Shown: positions 9,521-19,689 of the stretch, piece by piece
How the letters are laid out: every line of letters begins with the position of its first letter
Numbering within the stretch: the first letter of the stretch is position 1
Program-made: the position numbers and the translations under genes
Virus record (IMG/VR): IMGVR_UViG_3300048502_000089
Location: 24,279-88,278 of that record
Source: a virus
Taxonomy: Duplodnaviria; Caudoviricetes
Length of the DNA stretch: 64,000 bases
Direction: 5' to 3' (one strand)
The notes under the pieces: model-generated
Told to the model about the DNA's origin: nothing
The model's input: only the letters and a program-made list of their open reading frames with translations
Databases searched by the model: none

Positions 9521-12500
9521 ACGGCCTCCTGCAGTTGGTTCGAGCGTTGCTGCTCTATGAATTCATCCATTGCCATCGCGTTGGTCGCTATGACACCACC
9601 TCGATCATCTTTGCGCCCACGCAGCAGGATCATCTTTTCGTCTATGTGTGACGATGTAATAAGTCCCTGCATCGAAGACCACGCATCTGGAAAGAGAGTG
9701 ATACGCCACGAATCAAGTTCGAGCGAGACAGTAAGGAAAGCCATCTCTTGCCCAGACTGTCGACCACGCTTCACTGTCGTCTTCTTGATCTCGGTGATGC
9801 TTCCTCCAATGATCACATCTGCGCCATCCTCGAGTTCTTCCACTTCCTGCTCGGTGTAGACGTTCTCCCAGATCAACGGTGCGTCAGCACCTAGCAATCC
9901 TCCCGGCTCGAGTGCCACACCTAGCAGCTCGAGCTCAGCCTTCGCACGCTCAATCGGCTCCCACATACCGCGCATCCCAAAGCAGTCTAGGACGCCGGCA
10001 TTGACTAGCTTCTCTCGAGCACCCTTGTTGACCTTGCTGTACTTGCGGGATGACCTAGTCTCGAAGTCCTCGTAAGAGAGGAATGGTCGGTCAGCGATGA
10101 TCTGCGCTCCTGCGGCTGGACCAACTCCCTTGACACTGGCAAGACCATATCGCAGAGCATTGATCTCATGTTCAACTGTGAACCCTGTCTTCGAGATATT
10201 GATGTCGGGCGGCAGCACTTTTACATCGAAGTGTCGTGACTCGCGCGTGGCTGCCAAAGCCAATTCGCTATCAGTCGTCAAGAGAGCTGAATAGAAATGT
10301 GTCGCGTAGTAGCACTTGAGCCACGCATCTTGGTACGCCTGAATAGCATACCCAGTCGCGTGCGCCCTATTGAAAGAATTATGTGACACGATGCCGTTCG
10401 CAATGAAGTTATGTTCATCACTGGCCATCGACACGTCGAATACCTCTTCTTCACCAACATACTCGATACTAACAATCGCATCAAGATCCGTTGGCAATCC
10501 GCGCGACCAACGGACATGCCTCTCACCCTTTGCGTAATCAAACGCCTTGTGGTGAGAGTTACAAAGGTGCAACAAATTGCTAGCCGTGTGATATCGAGCA
10601 TATTCACCACCCATCTGCTCAAGTGAAGCTACGTGTGCGAACTCAAGTGAATGCTTGCTCCCATCACTACATTGGCCACAATATTCACAGTAGCCACCCG
10701 ATCGTTCTGCAACCTCTTCCTTGGCCACACGCAGCAGTTCAGTACGCCCATCGAGCCATGCTGGATTCTCCCATCCACTTGGCACACCTAAACCGCCGTC
10801 TTGACCTGTATACCTTTTCCCGATCGCGCGCTCCGTAGTGACTCCAACCATCTCCTTGGGCGCCTCTTGACCAACCACAACAAGGCAATCCCCTACTCGG
10901 AGATCGCAAACAGTGTGGTATCCATCGTCAGTAAGGAGACGATGATTAGATGTAGCTCGGAGCAAACGGCCAGCAGTAGTCTTGATCTCATAAACAGCGC
11001 GTACCCCATTGCTCCATACACGAATAGCACGAGATGGACGGACGCGGCCATCAGCATCCATCGCAAGCAATGTGACCCCGCGCGAGCGCAGCTTCTTGCC
11101 GACCGAAGTCTTCGAGACCCACGCCGCTGCCAAATCACGCAAAGTAGTCTCTTGTTCGCAGTGTGGGCCGGATGCACCACGAATAACCACCGTATCCCCT
11201 GACAAACAGTACCCAGTAAATGGGACGATGTCTGCCCATAGACGCTCAGCTACTTCCGCACCAAACTTCTCCGTGGCCGCTGCAACGAATTCACCCTCAC
11301 GTAGAGCAAGCCGGCGTCGGCCTTCCTGACTATGCGCACGATTGAGTTTGTCGATCTCTTTGCGCACATCGTCTGCTTGCCCTGCGCTGTATCCCAAAAT
11401 GACTTGGAAAATCCCCATCACACTCTCTTGAAACGGCATCACTCCATAGGTTTCGCCAAGAAGATCCTCAAGTTCCTTTGGCACAGACCATTCCTCTTCC
11501 CCATTCTTACGCTTGGCGTATGACCACGGAGCGCCACCACCGATCGGTCCTGGGCGGTAGAGAGCATTAGCTGCAGCGAGGTCGATGAGATTCTCAGGGC
11601 GAAGCTGGCGCAGGAATGAAGTGATGTTCGAGCTGCCGAACTGATTGACTCCAAGAGTGTGTCCATCTTGGAATACACGCATCACTTTCGGATCCACGTC
11701 GTATGGATCGGACAGAGCTGAAAGTGAATCAAGATCAATCTCTTCTCCAGTAACTTCACGGATAGAGTCAATCGCCATCGCTTGCCGAGCAATCCCTGCC
11801 AACCCAAGCACATCGATCTTGAGGAATCCATAGTCGTCACAGATGGAGATCAATGGAGTCTCTGACCATGCTGTGCGATACCCAGGCTCGTCCTCACTCG
11901 GTCGCACCACCGGAAGATAGTCAGTTAGCTTACCAGGGACAATGACGACACCGCCAGCGTGCTTTGACATCCTCGAAACGAAAGAGTCACCTTTGTTTTC
12001 AAGTCGTACTGCGTGCTTCCATACTTCTGGGTAATCATTCGCCCATGCGTCGAGAGTCGGCATCCGCAGACGCATTTCCTCAAGATCACGATCTTGTACG
12101 GGATCGATGAGAGCAACCACATCCTTGGTCCGCTTATAGTCAACACCACCAATAATTCGAGAGACATCATTGATAGCTGCTCGAGGCTGGTAGGTGGAGT
12201 AAGACACCACATCTGTCACTGACTCGCGGCCATGCTTACGGACCAGATATTCCTTGCACTCAAGTCGCCGGTTGTAGCCTTCGATCTTCACTGACTCGAA
12301 ATCGAGATCGATGTCTGGGATACCCTTGCGCCCTGGATTCATGAACCGCTCGAACTTGAGCTTGTGCGCGATCGGGTCGACACCTGTAATACCCGAGAGA
12401 TAACAGACAAGCGATCCTGCTGCAGACCCTCGCCCCGCGCCTAGACGGATAGGCTTCTTCCGTGGAAGGTCATGTTCATCTTTAGATGGCGGCAACGGAG

Positions 12501-13602
12501 CATCTGACTTCGCCCACCGAACCAGATCACCTACGATCCACATATAGGAGAAGTTGTTCCGAGAGCGGATGATGGATAGCTCATACTCGAGCTGCTTCTC
12601 GTAGCGCTCATCACCTTCCTTGCCAATCCGCTTCATCCCTTCTCGGCACCAAGCGATCAACTCCTGCTCTGGATCAATGCCGGCTGGGAGTTGAGGCATC
12701 TTCAGCGCGCGGTCAGTGATATACGGTTTGACCATCCTTGCCACATCTAGCGTCGTCGCAATCGCTCGATCAACCACTTGCTCGCCAAGGTTCGGGTGAT
12801 ATTGCAGGAAGCGCTCTCGCACTTCATCACCGGCCATCAGATGAAGTCCTTCGTGGCCGAGCTCGTAAATCTCTTCACCATTGGCTAGGCGCTCTTTGTT
12901 CTTTGCCGCGGCCTCTGCAATCGTGGTGTTGGTCCCGATCAATGCAACGATCTTTTGCGTACTCGCCCAATCGGGAAGAACGTAATGCGAGTCGACTGTC
13001 GCGTAGTAACCAAATCCTCTGCGATTAGCCAACGAGACGAGCTCGAGATTTAGATCACGCTGACGATCCCAATCATGCGGCATGATCTCTACGAAGAATC
13101 GCTCACCGAATATCTTCAGTGCTTGATCAATGAAATCGTCCACGGCTGCATCTGTACCGTTCTCGAGCAAGAAGGCCACCGGCCCGAGCGCACAGGAGGC
13201 TGTACAGATCAAACCCTCATGGTTTTGCTCGAGCAGTTCCCAGTCCACACATGGAGATTGGTACATACCGGAATGGAACGCCTCACTGGTGATCTTGATG
13301 AGGTTGTGCCATCCCTTGAGGTTGATCGCCAAGAGAATCAGATGCCAGCGCCGGAAGCGCCAGTCTGCTTCACGCACCAATCGATTAGGGCGCCAGTATG
13401 ACTCAACTCCTTGGATCGGAATGATGCCATATTGTTCACACGCCTTCAGATGCTTCAGGGCTCCATTGATATTACCGTGATCAGTTTGAGCTAAATAGGG
13501 TTGACCTAAATCTGCTGCCCTTGCAGCAAACTGAAATGCTGTTCCAGCCCCATCCAAAGCACTGTGGTCAGAATGGCGATGTAGGTGAACGAAATCAATC
13601 AT
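9517..13602 (-). CDS. dnaE: DNA polymerase III alpha subunit (DnaE type) containing an intein
   Basis: PHP domain HLHRHSDHSALDG and TDHG, GRGSAAGSLV, PDIDLDF, SKHAGGVV, KIDVLGL, SFNRAHATGYA, C-terminal OB fold. Confidence 0.97.
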   Translation of the reverse strand: MIDFVHLHRHSDHSALDGAGTAFQFAARAADLGQPYLAQTDHGNINGALKHLKACEQYGIIPIQGVESYWRPNRLVREADWRFRRWHLILLAINLKGWHNLIKITSEAFHSGMYQSPCVDWELLEQNHEGLICTASCALGPVAFLLENGTDAAVDDFIDQALKIFGERFFVEIMPHDWDRQRDLNLELVSLANRRGFGYYATVDSHYVLPDWASTQKIVALIGTNTTIAEAAAKNKERLANGEEIYELGHEGLHLMAGDEVRERFLQYHPNLGEQVVDRAIATTLDVARMVKPYITDRALKMPQLPAGIDPEQELIAWCREGMKRIGKEGDERYEKQLEYELSIIRSRNNFSYMWIVGDLVRWAKSDAPLPPSKDEHDLPRKKPIRLGAGRGSAAGSLVCYLSGITGVDPIAHKLKFERFMNPGRKGIPDIDLDFESVKIEGYNRRLECKEYLVRKHGRESVTDVVSYSTYQPRAAINDVSRIIGGVDYKRTKDVVALIDPVQDRDLEEMRLRMPTLDAWANDYPEVWKHAVRLENKGDSFVSRMSKHAGGVVIVPGKLTDYLPVVRPSEDEPGYRTAWSETPLISICDDYGFLKIDVLGLAGIARQAMAIDSIREVTGEEIDLDSLSALSDPYDVDPKVMRVFQDGHTLGVNQFGSSNITSFLRQLRPENLIDLAAANALYRPGPIGGGAPWSYAKRKNGEEEWSVPKELEDLLGETYGVMPFQESVMGIFQVILGYSAGQADDVRKEIDKLNRAHSQEGRRRLALREGEFVAAATEKFGAEVAERLWADIVPFTGYCLSGDTVVIRGASGPHCEQETTLRDLAAAWVSKTSVGKKLRSRGVTLLAMDADGRVRPSRAIRVWSNGVRAVYEIKTTAGRLLRATSNHRLLTDDGYHTVCDLRVGDCLVVVGQEAPKEMVGVTTERAIGKRYTGQDGGLGVPSGWENPAWLDGRTELLRVAKEEVAERSGGYCEYCGQCSDGSKHSLEFAHVASLEQMGGEYARYHTASNLLHLCNSHHKAFDYAKGERHVRWSRGLPTDLDAIVSIEYVGEEEVFDVSMASDEHNFIANGIVSHNSFNRAHATGYAIQAYQDAWLKCYYATHFYSALLTTDSELALAATRESRHFDVKVLPPDINISKTGFTVEHEINALRYGLASVKGVGPAAGAQIIADRPFLSYEDFETRSSRKYSKVNKGAREKLVNAGVLDCFGMRGMWEPIERAKAELELLGVALEPGGLLGADAPLIWENVYTEQEVEELEDGADVIIGGSITEIKKTTVKRGRQSGQEMAFLTVSLELDSWRITLFPDAWSSMQGLITSSHIDEKMILLRGRKDDRGGVIATNAMAMDEFIEQQRSNQLQEAV
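10378..11208 (-). mobile_element. Intein (277 aa) with an HNH-type endonuclease, inside dnaE
   Basis: Begins FTGY|CLSGDT, has block B TSNHRLLT, ends HNFIANGIVSHN|S. Central CEYCG...EFAHV...NLLHLCNSHHKAFD is an HNH signature. Confidence 0.92.
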
Positions 13603-13618
13603 GTGACACGTTCACCCA

Positions 13619-14452
13619 TCAGCGGTGATCCTCGAGCATCTTGCCGTAATCCTCTTGGTGAGGGATCTCATATCGATGTTGGAACCACCCGCGGAAATTC
13701 CCTATCATCATCATAAACCCCTCATTACCAAATACCGGCCGGGCAGCATGTTCAAATGGACTGAAATGCCCGCTCTCGAGCAATCTGTCATAACGCTCAA
13801 GTGACTTCTCAAGCGGCTCCTCGTCATGTTGCTTGTCATATGAAACACGAGCGCACCTCGAGACACAAAGTTTCTTAGCTACCTCCCAATCTGTCGTACG
13901 GCCACCAATCTTTACCAACGGCAAATGCCATTGACCATGCCGGAGTTCCCGCGGAGTGTGAACATCCATTGCCTCACGCATCGCTCGAGCGAGCTGCTGG
14001 AACTCTCCCTGTGCGGCTGGGTGATCACGCAGCGCAAAGAAGTTACTCCACTCCGTTGCTGTAATGATCACAGTGATCCAACTGAACGGCTCGAGCAATC
14101 GGTTGATCCGTGACTTATCTGTGCCAAGTTTGTTCAACACCTTCGCATAATCCACAGCACTGTCTCGAGCTAACAACCATGTTCTCCGTGCAGCATCTTG
14201 ACTCAAATCATCAAGTTCACCTTCACCCATCCCTGCCACTCGAGACCCAAAAACAGGAACAAAAGGATCATCGATTATTCGCTGTATCTGTTTCTCTGGT
14301 GGAATAGCTCGACTCGATGCTGCGTTCCTGCTGAATACCCGATGAGTCATCAGCTCTGAGTGAATAAAACGAGGATACTCACAAAGCAACGTCGTCAGCC
14401 GAACTCCAGCCGGCGAGATCGAGTCTGCAAGTATCTCTGCCTTGATCGCCAT
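13619..14452 (-). CDS. thyX: FAD-dependent thymidylate synthase
   Basis: ELMTHRVFSRNAASSRAIP motif, RCARVSY, HFSPFEH. Confidence 0.95.
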   Translation of the reverse strand: MAIKAEILADSISPAGVRLTTLLCEYPRFIHSELMTHRVFSRNAASSRAIPPEKQIQRIIDDPFVPVFGSRVAGMGEGELDDLSQDAARRTWLLARDSAVDYAKVLNKLGTDKSRINRLLEPFSWITVIITATEWSNFFALRDHPAAQGEFQQLARAMREAMDVHTPRELRHGQWHLPLVKIGGRTTDWEVAKKLCVSRCARVSYDKQHDEEPLEKSLERYDRLLESGHFSPFEHAARPVFGNEGFMMMIGNFRGWFQHRYEIPHQEDYGKMLEDHR

Positions 14453-14826
14453 TAGAGGCCGCGCCTTTTGAATTCAGCTTCATCCATTGACAATGAGTTA
14501 GGCCCCAACGTAGGAACTTCACATTCCTGCTTCTCACGGATCAATCCAAGCAGAAGGAAGCAGTAGAGGATCACATCATGGATGCGGCCCTCAATCGGTT
14601 CTGACTTGACATCACCCTCCTTGATGAATGTCATCACGGCTGCCCAGTGCTTCCCTGCGAAGACGCCCCAAACTTGCTCGGGCGTCAGACCAAGCGCTGC
14701 TGCCTGCACCTTGAAGTTCGCTAGCGCATCGTCATCGCCGGCATAGTCTCTCCCCTTGGTCCGATTGATTTCAGTAATGACAGCATATTCCCGATCCATC
14801 ATTTCTACATAATCGGATCTCTTCAT
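14452..14826 (-). CDS. All-alpha nucleotide pyrophosphatase-like protein (DUF1599/MazG-like)
   Basis: TKGRDYAG...ANF and EGRIHDVILYCFLL pattern. Adjacent to thyX. Confidence 0.65.
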   Translation of the reverse strand: MKRSDYVEMMDREYAVITEINRTKGRDYAGDDDALANFKVQAAALGLTPEQVWGVFAGKHWAAVMTFIKEGDVKSEPIEGRIHDVILYCFLLLGLIREKQECEVPTLGPNSLSMDEAEFKRRGL

Positions 14827-15319
14827 CGCAATGCTCGCTCCTCGTTAGTGTGAGTCATCATTCTCAAGCGAAACTTGCTCGCCACCCGAGCAGCTTCCTC
14901 CTCGTCGATAAACCTACCTAGATGATGCTGTTTCTTGTTCACCATCACTTGGGCGACCCATCTTTGTGCTCGCTTATCCCATGTCACTCCACGATGGCAA
15001 GAAAGTGAACCCTTATAGCTAGATACGTTTTGAACATTCTGTGCGTGCGTAACTATTCTCAAATTGGATCGACGACAATCTAGCTTATTACCGTCAATAT
15101 GATCACCCTCTCGAGGATCTCCGTGTTCTAAACCTAACACAGCACGGTGTAGCCTCTGTTCGCGTTGAGACCTTTCCCCCGACAATCGTGGCAAGCTACG
15201 CTTGACATATCCTCTCCGTAAATACCACAGAAACTCCGCCAAATAAGCATCCATATCATCAATCAATGCTTTGCGACTATCAATCCATCGCGTCTACGGA
15301 GAGGAATCTCGACCACCAT
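14823..15319 (-). CDS. HNH-AP2 homing endonuclease with the N-terminus in a different frame
   Basis: GDHIDGNKLDCRRSNLR (HNH) and RGVTWDKRAQRWVAQV...HLGRF (AP2). A typical N-terminus MVVEIPLRRRDG starts at ATG 15319 but needs a -1 shift near 15270. Confidence 0.8.
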
Positions 15320-15323
15320 TGAT

Positions 15324-16115
15324 CTATGCGCGAGTGAATGCAGATGAGCGCAGCGGCTCGCCGCCCTGGAATACAGTGTCAGCACTCGTCAAAGCACTGC
15401 GATCCATCGTCGGCTGTGGACCTTCATTCGGCTGCTGGCCTTGACCCTGCATAGCCAAAAGGAAATTCTCATAGCTCAATGGAGTAGTGATCTCGACAAG
15501 ATTCAATTTGCCGGTCTCTGCTAGTGCCATATCTGCAATCGACATCGGCTGTGGGCCACCATCAACATCTGCAGGATCAATCGCATACTTAGTGTCCTGC
15601 ATCCCTGACCCTGTGCGCCGGATCTCGAAATCACGAGAACTAAGCCCCTTGTACTTGTCGTCCTTCGCTACGAGCTCAGCAAAAACTTCACTCGAACACT
15701 TCCAAAGGAATACACCATCAGCGCGGCCAGTGATAACCACCTTGCCATCCACCTTCTTGGGCGAGCCATACTCGTTACGCTCGTACACTGGTCCGTCGCG
15801 CCAAATCAGATTGACAAAACCCTTTGTCACACGCCTGCGAACCTTATCGTTTGCGCTCTGGCAACCAGGACAATGCGTGCCATCATCGCTGTTGTCGAGA
15901 CAAATGAAATCTGATGGATACTGGCGTCCCTCTATTGGGATGCGATGGACATCAGCAAAGGTGAGTTGTGGCCCTTGCTCGAGGAATCGCACCACAGCGA
16001 ATGTCCCACCAGCAATTGCGAAATAATCCGCTTTGATCGATGCTGCGCCCTGTGCTACACGCTGCTGTTCTTTCGTCTCCTGCCTACGCTTGAACTGATC
16101 TGCACCTGAAGGCAC
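15324..16115 (-). CDS. Single-stranded DNA-binding protein (gp32-like)
   Basis: VVRFL, CL...CPGC zinc site, RDFEIRRTGSGMQDTKY. Sits in the replication operon. Confidence 0.75.
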   Translation of the reverse strand: MPSGADQFKRRQETKEQQRVAQGAASIKADYFAIAGGTFAVVRFLEQGPQLTFADVHRIPIEGRQYPSDFICLDNSDDGTHCPGCQSANDKVRRRVTKGFVNLIWRDGPVYERNEYGSPKKVDGKVVITGRADGVFLWKCSSEVFAELVAKDDKYKGLSSRDFEIRRTGSGMQDTKYAIDPADVDGGPQPMSIADMALAETGKLNLVEITTPLSYENFLLAMQGQGQQPNEGPQPTMDRSALTSADTVFQGGEPLRSSAFTRA

Positions 16116-16168
16116 TTGTCTATCTCCTTATTTAGCGTCGCCCTCCACGGGCATCAATTGAACTTGGG

Positions 16169-16197
16169 ATCATACATTACTGCCGCAGCATCTTCAA
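16169..16197 (-). promoter_or_regulatory. Sigma-70-type promoter upstream of the SSB gene
   Basis: TTGAAG-N17-TATGAT followed by CCCA. Confidence 0.65.
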
Positions 16198-17211
16198 GGT
16201 CGAAACAGCTCCAGCAATCACATCAAGAGCTGCCGCGCCAAGAGCTGCCGCGTCGTCTGGTGGATCGAGAACCACTGAGACCGGCATATACGAGGCTAGA
16301 GCTTCAACTACTTTCTTCGTCCCGGCACGCCCTGCATCACCTTCGTCAAAGTAGACGACAGCGGAAGAGAAGCTGCCAATAATCTGTGCAGCCTGAATCC
16401 CTGAAAACTCTGCGCCGGCTACAGCGACAGCCCCATACTCACAATTCTCATGCAGAGCTATCGCGTTTAGTTCACCTTCACAGATAACTGCCCGTGAACT
16501 CTGCACTCGATCAAGGGCAAAGACGATCTCTGACTTGGCATAGGTACTAAACCCATACCGAGTCTGGCGTCCTGGCGCATCACCGATGATCAAGTATTTC
16601 GGGTGGTGATCTGGTTTCCATGCGCGACCTTTGAACCCAACCAATTGCCCAAATTTATTACGCACAGGGATTGTGATGCGATCAGAGATTTCATCCCATC
16701 CAATATCCCAATCACTCAAAGTCGACCGTTCAAATCCTCGATTGAGCATATATGCGAATGGAGAATCGTCCCATGCCTGCGCCAGATGAGGGTCTAGCCA
16801 TTCAATTCGGAAACGATCAAGCCATTCTTCTGCTGGTGGGATACGCTCAACTTCGTCAACCATCATGCCAGCTTGCCGGCGTTCAATCTCTCTGCGCAGA
16901 CCACCAGCTTCGACAGACAGCTCAGGGCCACCATAGCGTTCATCAATCACTCGCTGCGCTTCAATCTCAGAGAGGTCTCGGAGCCGCATGAGGAAATCAA
17001 CCGCATCTCCACGAAGGCCGCACGAACCACCATGACATATCCAGAGAGTCGTCTTAGTATTCATACGAGCACTCGGACTCTGATCACCATTCAGATGATT
17101 CGGGAATGGGCAACTAAAATCAACCTCTTGCCCGGACTTACTGACGTTCTTTACCTCAAGCGCTCGGAGAAAATCCTCCACATCCACATACGAGAGATCA
17201 CGCTTGCGCAT
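16177..17211 (-). CDS. dnaG: DNA primase (zinc finger plus TOPRIM)
   Basis: CPFPNH...SPS...WICHGGSC, RITIPVRN...GFKGR, ICEGELNAI, YFDEGDAG. Start moved to ATG 17211. Confidence 0.92.
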   Translation of the reverse strand: MRKRDLSYVDVEDFLRALEVKNVSKSGQEVDFSCPFPNHLNGDQSPSARMNTKTTLWICHGGSCGLRGDAVDFLMRLRDLSEIEAQRVIDERYGGPELSVEAGGLRREIERRQAGMMVDEVERIPPAEEWLDRFRIEWLDPHLAQAWDDSPFAYMLNRGFERSTLSDWDIGWDEISDRITIPVRNKFGQLVGFKGRAWKPDHHPKYLIIGDAPGRQTRYGFSTYAKSEIVFALDRVQSSRAVICEGELNAIALHENCEYGAVAVAGAEFSGIQAAQIIGSFSSAVVYFDEGDAGRAGTKKVVEALASYMPVSVVLDPPDDAAALGAAALDVIAGAVSTLKMLRQ

Positions 17212-18484
17212 GATTCTCCACTGGATCAGTCCGAGGTGTCTCACGCACGAATGTCTCCGCTGTAGCTGGAGCGGCACCAAAGCGCATATGAGATGGATCC
17301 CACAAGAGATCAACCGTCTTGTCTCGAGGCCCATTGCGCACTTTCAAAAGCTTTACCGACATCCGATTCTGCGCACGCATATCCTCAGTCTGGTGCATCC
17401 CTAGATAGATGTCAGCAACTTGTCCCACAGAAATTGAACCGCCCATTGTATCAAGTGTCGAACCACCCTTCGCAGCTTCACGGTTGTCTTGGCTGACAAG
17501 CATGATGACACTCTCAGTGGCCAAAGCAATCGCCTTACATTCATTGGTGATCTCGACGAGCCCTTCCCAAGATTGCATTGAGGCTCGAGACCGGCGCATG
17601 AGCTGAACATAATCAACGACTGTGAAATGGGGCTTGTGACGGCTGATCTCTGCATACAGCCGATCAACAGTAAAATTGCCCAACCCATCAAGGACTACAA
17701 GGTCGTGCTCGAGCGCACTGAATTGCTTAGCCAACCTTTGCCATAGCTGCTCATCCTCGTCCGAAAGTTCACGAAGACGCAAGAGTTTATGTGAGAAATG
17801 CACCACCATCGTATCAATACGTTCGAGAACCTCTCGCCGGCTCATCTCAAGTGGGATGAAAAGGGCTGAATGATCTTGCTCCACCACATTCATCGTTACC
17901 CAAGATGCGAGGGTACTTTTCCCCAACCCCATATACCCGGAAAGGACAATCACATTCCCTGGGCGCACACCGCCAATCATGTCATCGAACTCAGGGATAC
18001 CGATCTGGAACCCTGGCGGCGTCCCCTTAGCCTTCTCGATCTGATATTCCGTGACGCGATGCTCCATCTCTGAAAGCCTCGAAACACGAGAGGAAGAGAT
18101 CAGAGCAGCGAAGTCACGGCTCGCGTCGATCAGGATCTCATCTAGCCGACCCCATTGTGAAGGATCATCACCAGCGTCAGCAAGCACGAGTAGCTTCGAT
18201 GCGAAATACCGACGCTTGACATTGTTGACAAAAGCATCTATGAGCGCCTCAAGCGCATCAGAGGATGGCTCTCCATGCCAGCTCGGCCACCGCTCTTTGA
18301 CAAGCGCAGGCGACGGCGACATATTGTGCCGGCGCGTGTGGAGAACAGCCCATTCAAAAACCTCCGCACACTCCTGACCATCCGCAGTCTGCGCAAAGTG
18401 ATGGCTCTCTACACCTCGAGCGAGCAGAGTGGAGACTCCTCCGGTCTGCAACGCACGGGCCAACATCGCCCTTTCGATATTCAC
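17198..18484 (-). CDS. dnaB: Replicative DNA helicase
   Basis: LSGYMGLGKS (Walker A), FIPLEM, VVDYVQLM, LLKVRNGP. Confidence 0.93.
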   Translation of the reverse strand: MNIERAMLARALQTGGVSTLLARGVESHHFAQTADGQECAEVFEWAVLHTRRHNMSPSPALVKERWPSWHGEPSSDALEALIDAFVNNVKRRYFASKLLVLADAGDDPSQWGRLDEILIDASRDFAALISSSRVSRLSEMEHRVTEYQIEKAKGTPPGFQIGIPEFDDMIGGVRPGNVIVLSGYMGLGKSTLASWVTMNVVEQDHSALFIPLEMSRREVLERIDTMVVHFSHKLLRLRELSDEDEQLWQRLAKQFSALEHDLVVLDGLGNFTVDRLYAEISRHKPHFTVVDYVQLMRRSRASMQSWEGLVEITNECKAIALATESVIMLVSQDNREAAKGGSTLDTMGGSISVGQVADIYLGMHQTEDMRAQNRMSVKLLKVRNGPRDKTVDLLWDPSHMRFGAAPATAETFVRETPRTDPVENHAQA

Positions 18485-18487
18485 AGG

Positions 18488-18829
18488 CTATGCTGAAGCG
18501 CGGCCAGCGAGAGATGCGCGCATGAGAGCTTGAACACTCTGGCGCTCACCAGCAACCGCCTGTTCACAAACAGACTGGACTCGGTTGATCTTCTCAAGCA
18601 GATCAGCATCATCATCAAGGTCAACGACAAATCGAGTCACATTTACTGGCCCGACTGTGACATTCCCATATTGGACAGTCGGAATAAGTTCAGATGCAGC
18701 GCATGTGATCTTGATGCAAGGGACGCCGCGGATGTCCCGCGGCCAATCGAAGTCGTCACCCTTCATAGAAACGCCACCACGTTCCCCGTCCTTCAAAGCT
18801 GCTCGTTGCTGTGGGCCTTCTTCCGCCAT
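18488..18829 (-). CDS. Hypothetical protein
   Basis: 113-aa ORF tightly packed in the operon. Confidence 0.6.
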   Translation of the reverse strand: MAEEGPQQRAALKDGERGGVSMKGDDFDWPRDIRGVPCIKITCAASELIPTVQYGNVTVGPVNVTRFVVDLDDDADLLEKINRVQSVCEQAVAGERQSVQALMRASLAGRASA

Positions 18830-18831
18830 TT

Positions 18832-19137
18832 CTATCTCTCTCTCGGTAGATCATCAAGTGTAGCCAAAGGCTTGCCCGTGCAAGTATCGTATCTCACACA
18901 AGCCTCATCTTCATAAAGATCAAGTGCGCGTTCAGCTAAAGCCAGCAACGCAAACCCGATGTCGAGGTCTTCAGCCGTATCAAAGAGTTCAACTTCAGCT
19001 TCCTCGCCGGCCGAAACAATCTCTCCATTCATGCGATGAAGATGGGCTTTGATGCGGCGCTCAATTCCGATTGGCAGCTCGAGCGTGATAGGCCGCGCTG
19101 TGAAAAGAGCTTCCAAGCGCTCGTGAGGAGTGGGCAT
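18832..19137 (-). CDS. Hypothetical protein
   Basis: 101-aa ORF tightly packed in the operon. Confidence 0.55.
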   Translation of the reverse strand: MPTPHERLEALFTARPITLELPIGIERRIKAHLHRMNGEIVSAGEEAEVELFDTAEDLDIGFALLALAERALDLYEDEACVRYDTCTGKPLATLDDLPRER

Positions 19138-19277
19138 TACAGATTCCCTCGTCGACGCTTCACCAGATCATCAACCATCCGCGATGCGTCTCGATTGATC
19201 TTGTAACCTCGGTGCAGATCCCATACAGTCGCCCCAAGTAGAAATACCCCAACCACTATGCCCAATGCGAGGATCAT
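19137..19277 (-). CDS. Small membrane protein
   Basis: MILALGIVVGVFLLGATVW hydrophobic segment. ATG overlaps the upstream TGA. Confidence 0.55.
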   Translation of the reverse strand: MILALGIVVGVFLLGATVWDLHRGYKINRDASRMVDDLVKRRRGNL

Positions 19278-19516
19278 CAAACGCCTGCTGTGAATCGCTG
19301 AAGACCAGACGGCGGGATCTGAGCTACCCACTCCTTGATCTCTTCGACCTGCTCAGGAGTCCAGTAGCGCCATGCAGCACCTTCGTCGCTGCGATGCGAA
19401 CACAGCTTCTTAGGAAGCCGGCGAGTTCTCTCCCAGCCCCGGATGGTGTTCGGCTTGCGGTTGATGATCTCCGCGAGCTCACCGATGTAGATGCGTCCTT
19501 CGTCTCTCTCTGGCAT
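19277..19516 (-). CDS. MerR-family HTH DNA-binding protein
   Basis: IYIGELAEIINRKPNTIRGWER...WRYWTPEQVEEI. ATG 19516 lies 7 nt after a -10 box, so it is probably leaderless. Confidence 0.8.
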   Translation of the reverse strand: MPERDEGRIYIGELAEIINRKPNTIRGWERTRRLPKKLCSHRSDEGAAWRYWTPEQVEEIKEWVAQIPPSGLQRFTAGV

Positions 19517-19523
19517 AGCTGGG

Positions 19524-19553
19524 ATCATAGCTTCTCATCGGTGCCCACGTCAA
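19524..19553 (-). promoter_or_regulatory. Sigma-70-type promoter heading the replication operon (leaderless transcript)
   Basis: TTGACG-N18-TATGAT-CCCAGCT-ATG. Confidence 0.75.
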
Positions 19554-19689
19554 GAGCCTTGATCTGCTGGCGCCGGAAACACAGAGACCCCGGAAGCTGG
19601 GCAAAACCTCCGAGGTCTCGTGGAGCCCAATGTGGTAGGCTCTCGCGTTATGGAGACGCTACGGGCAGTATACACATGAGCCAGCGCGT

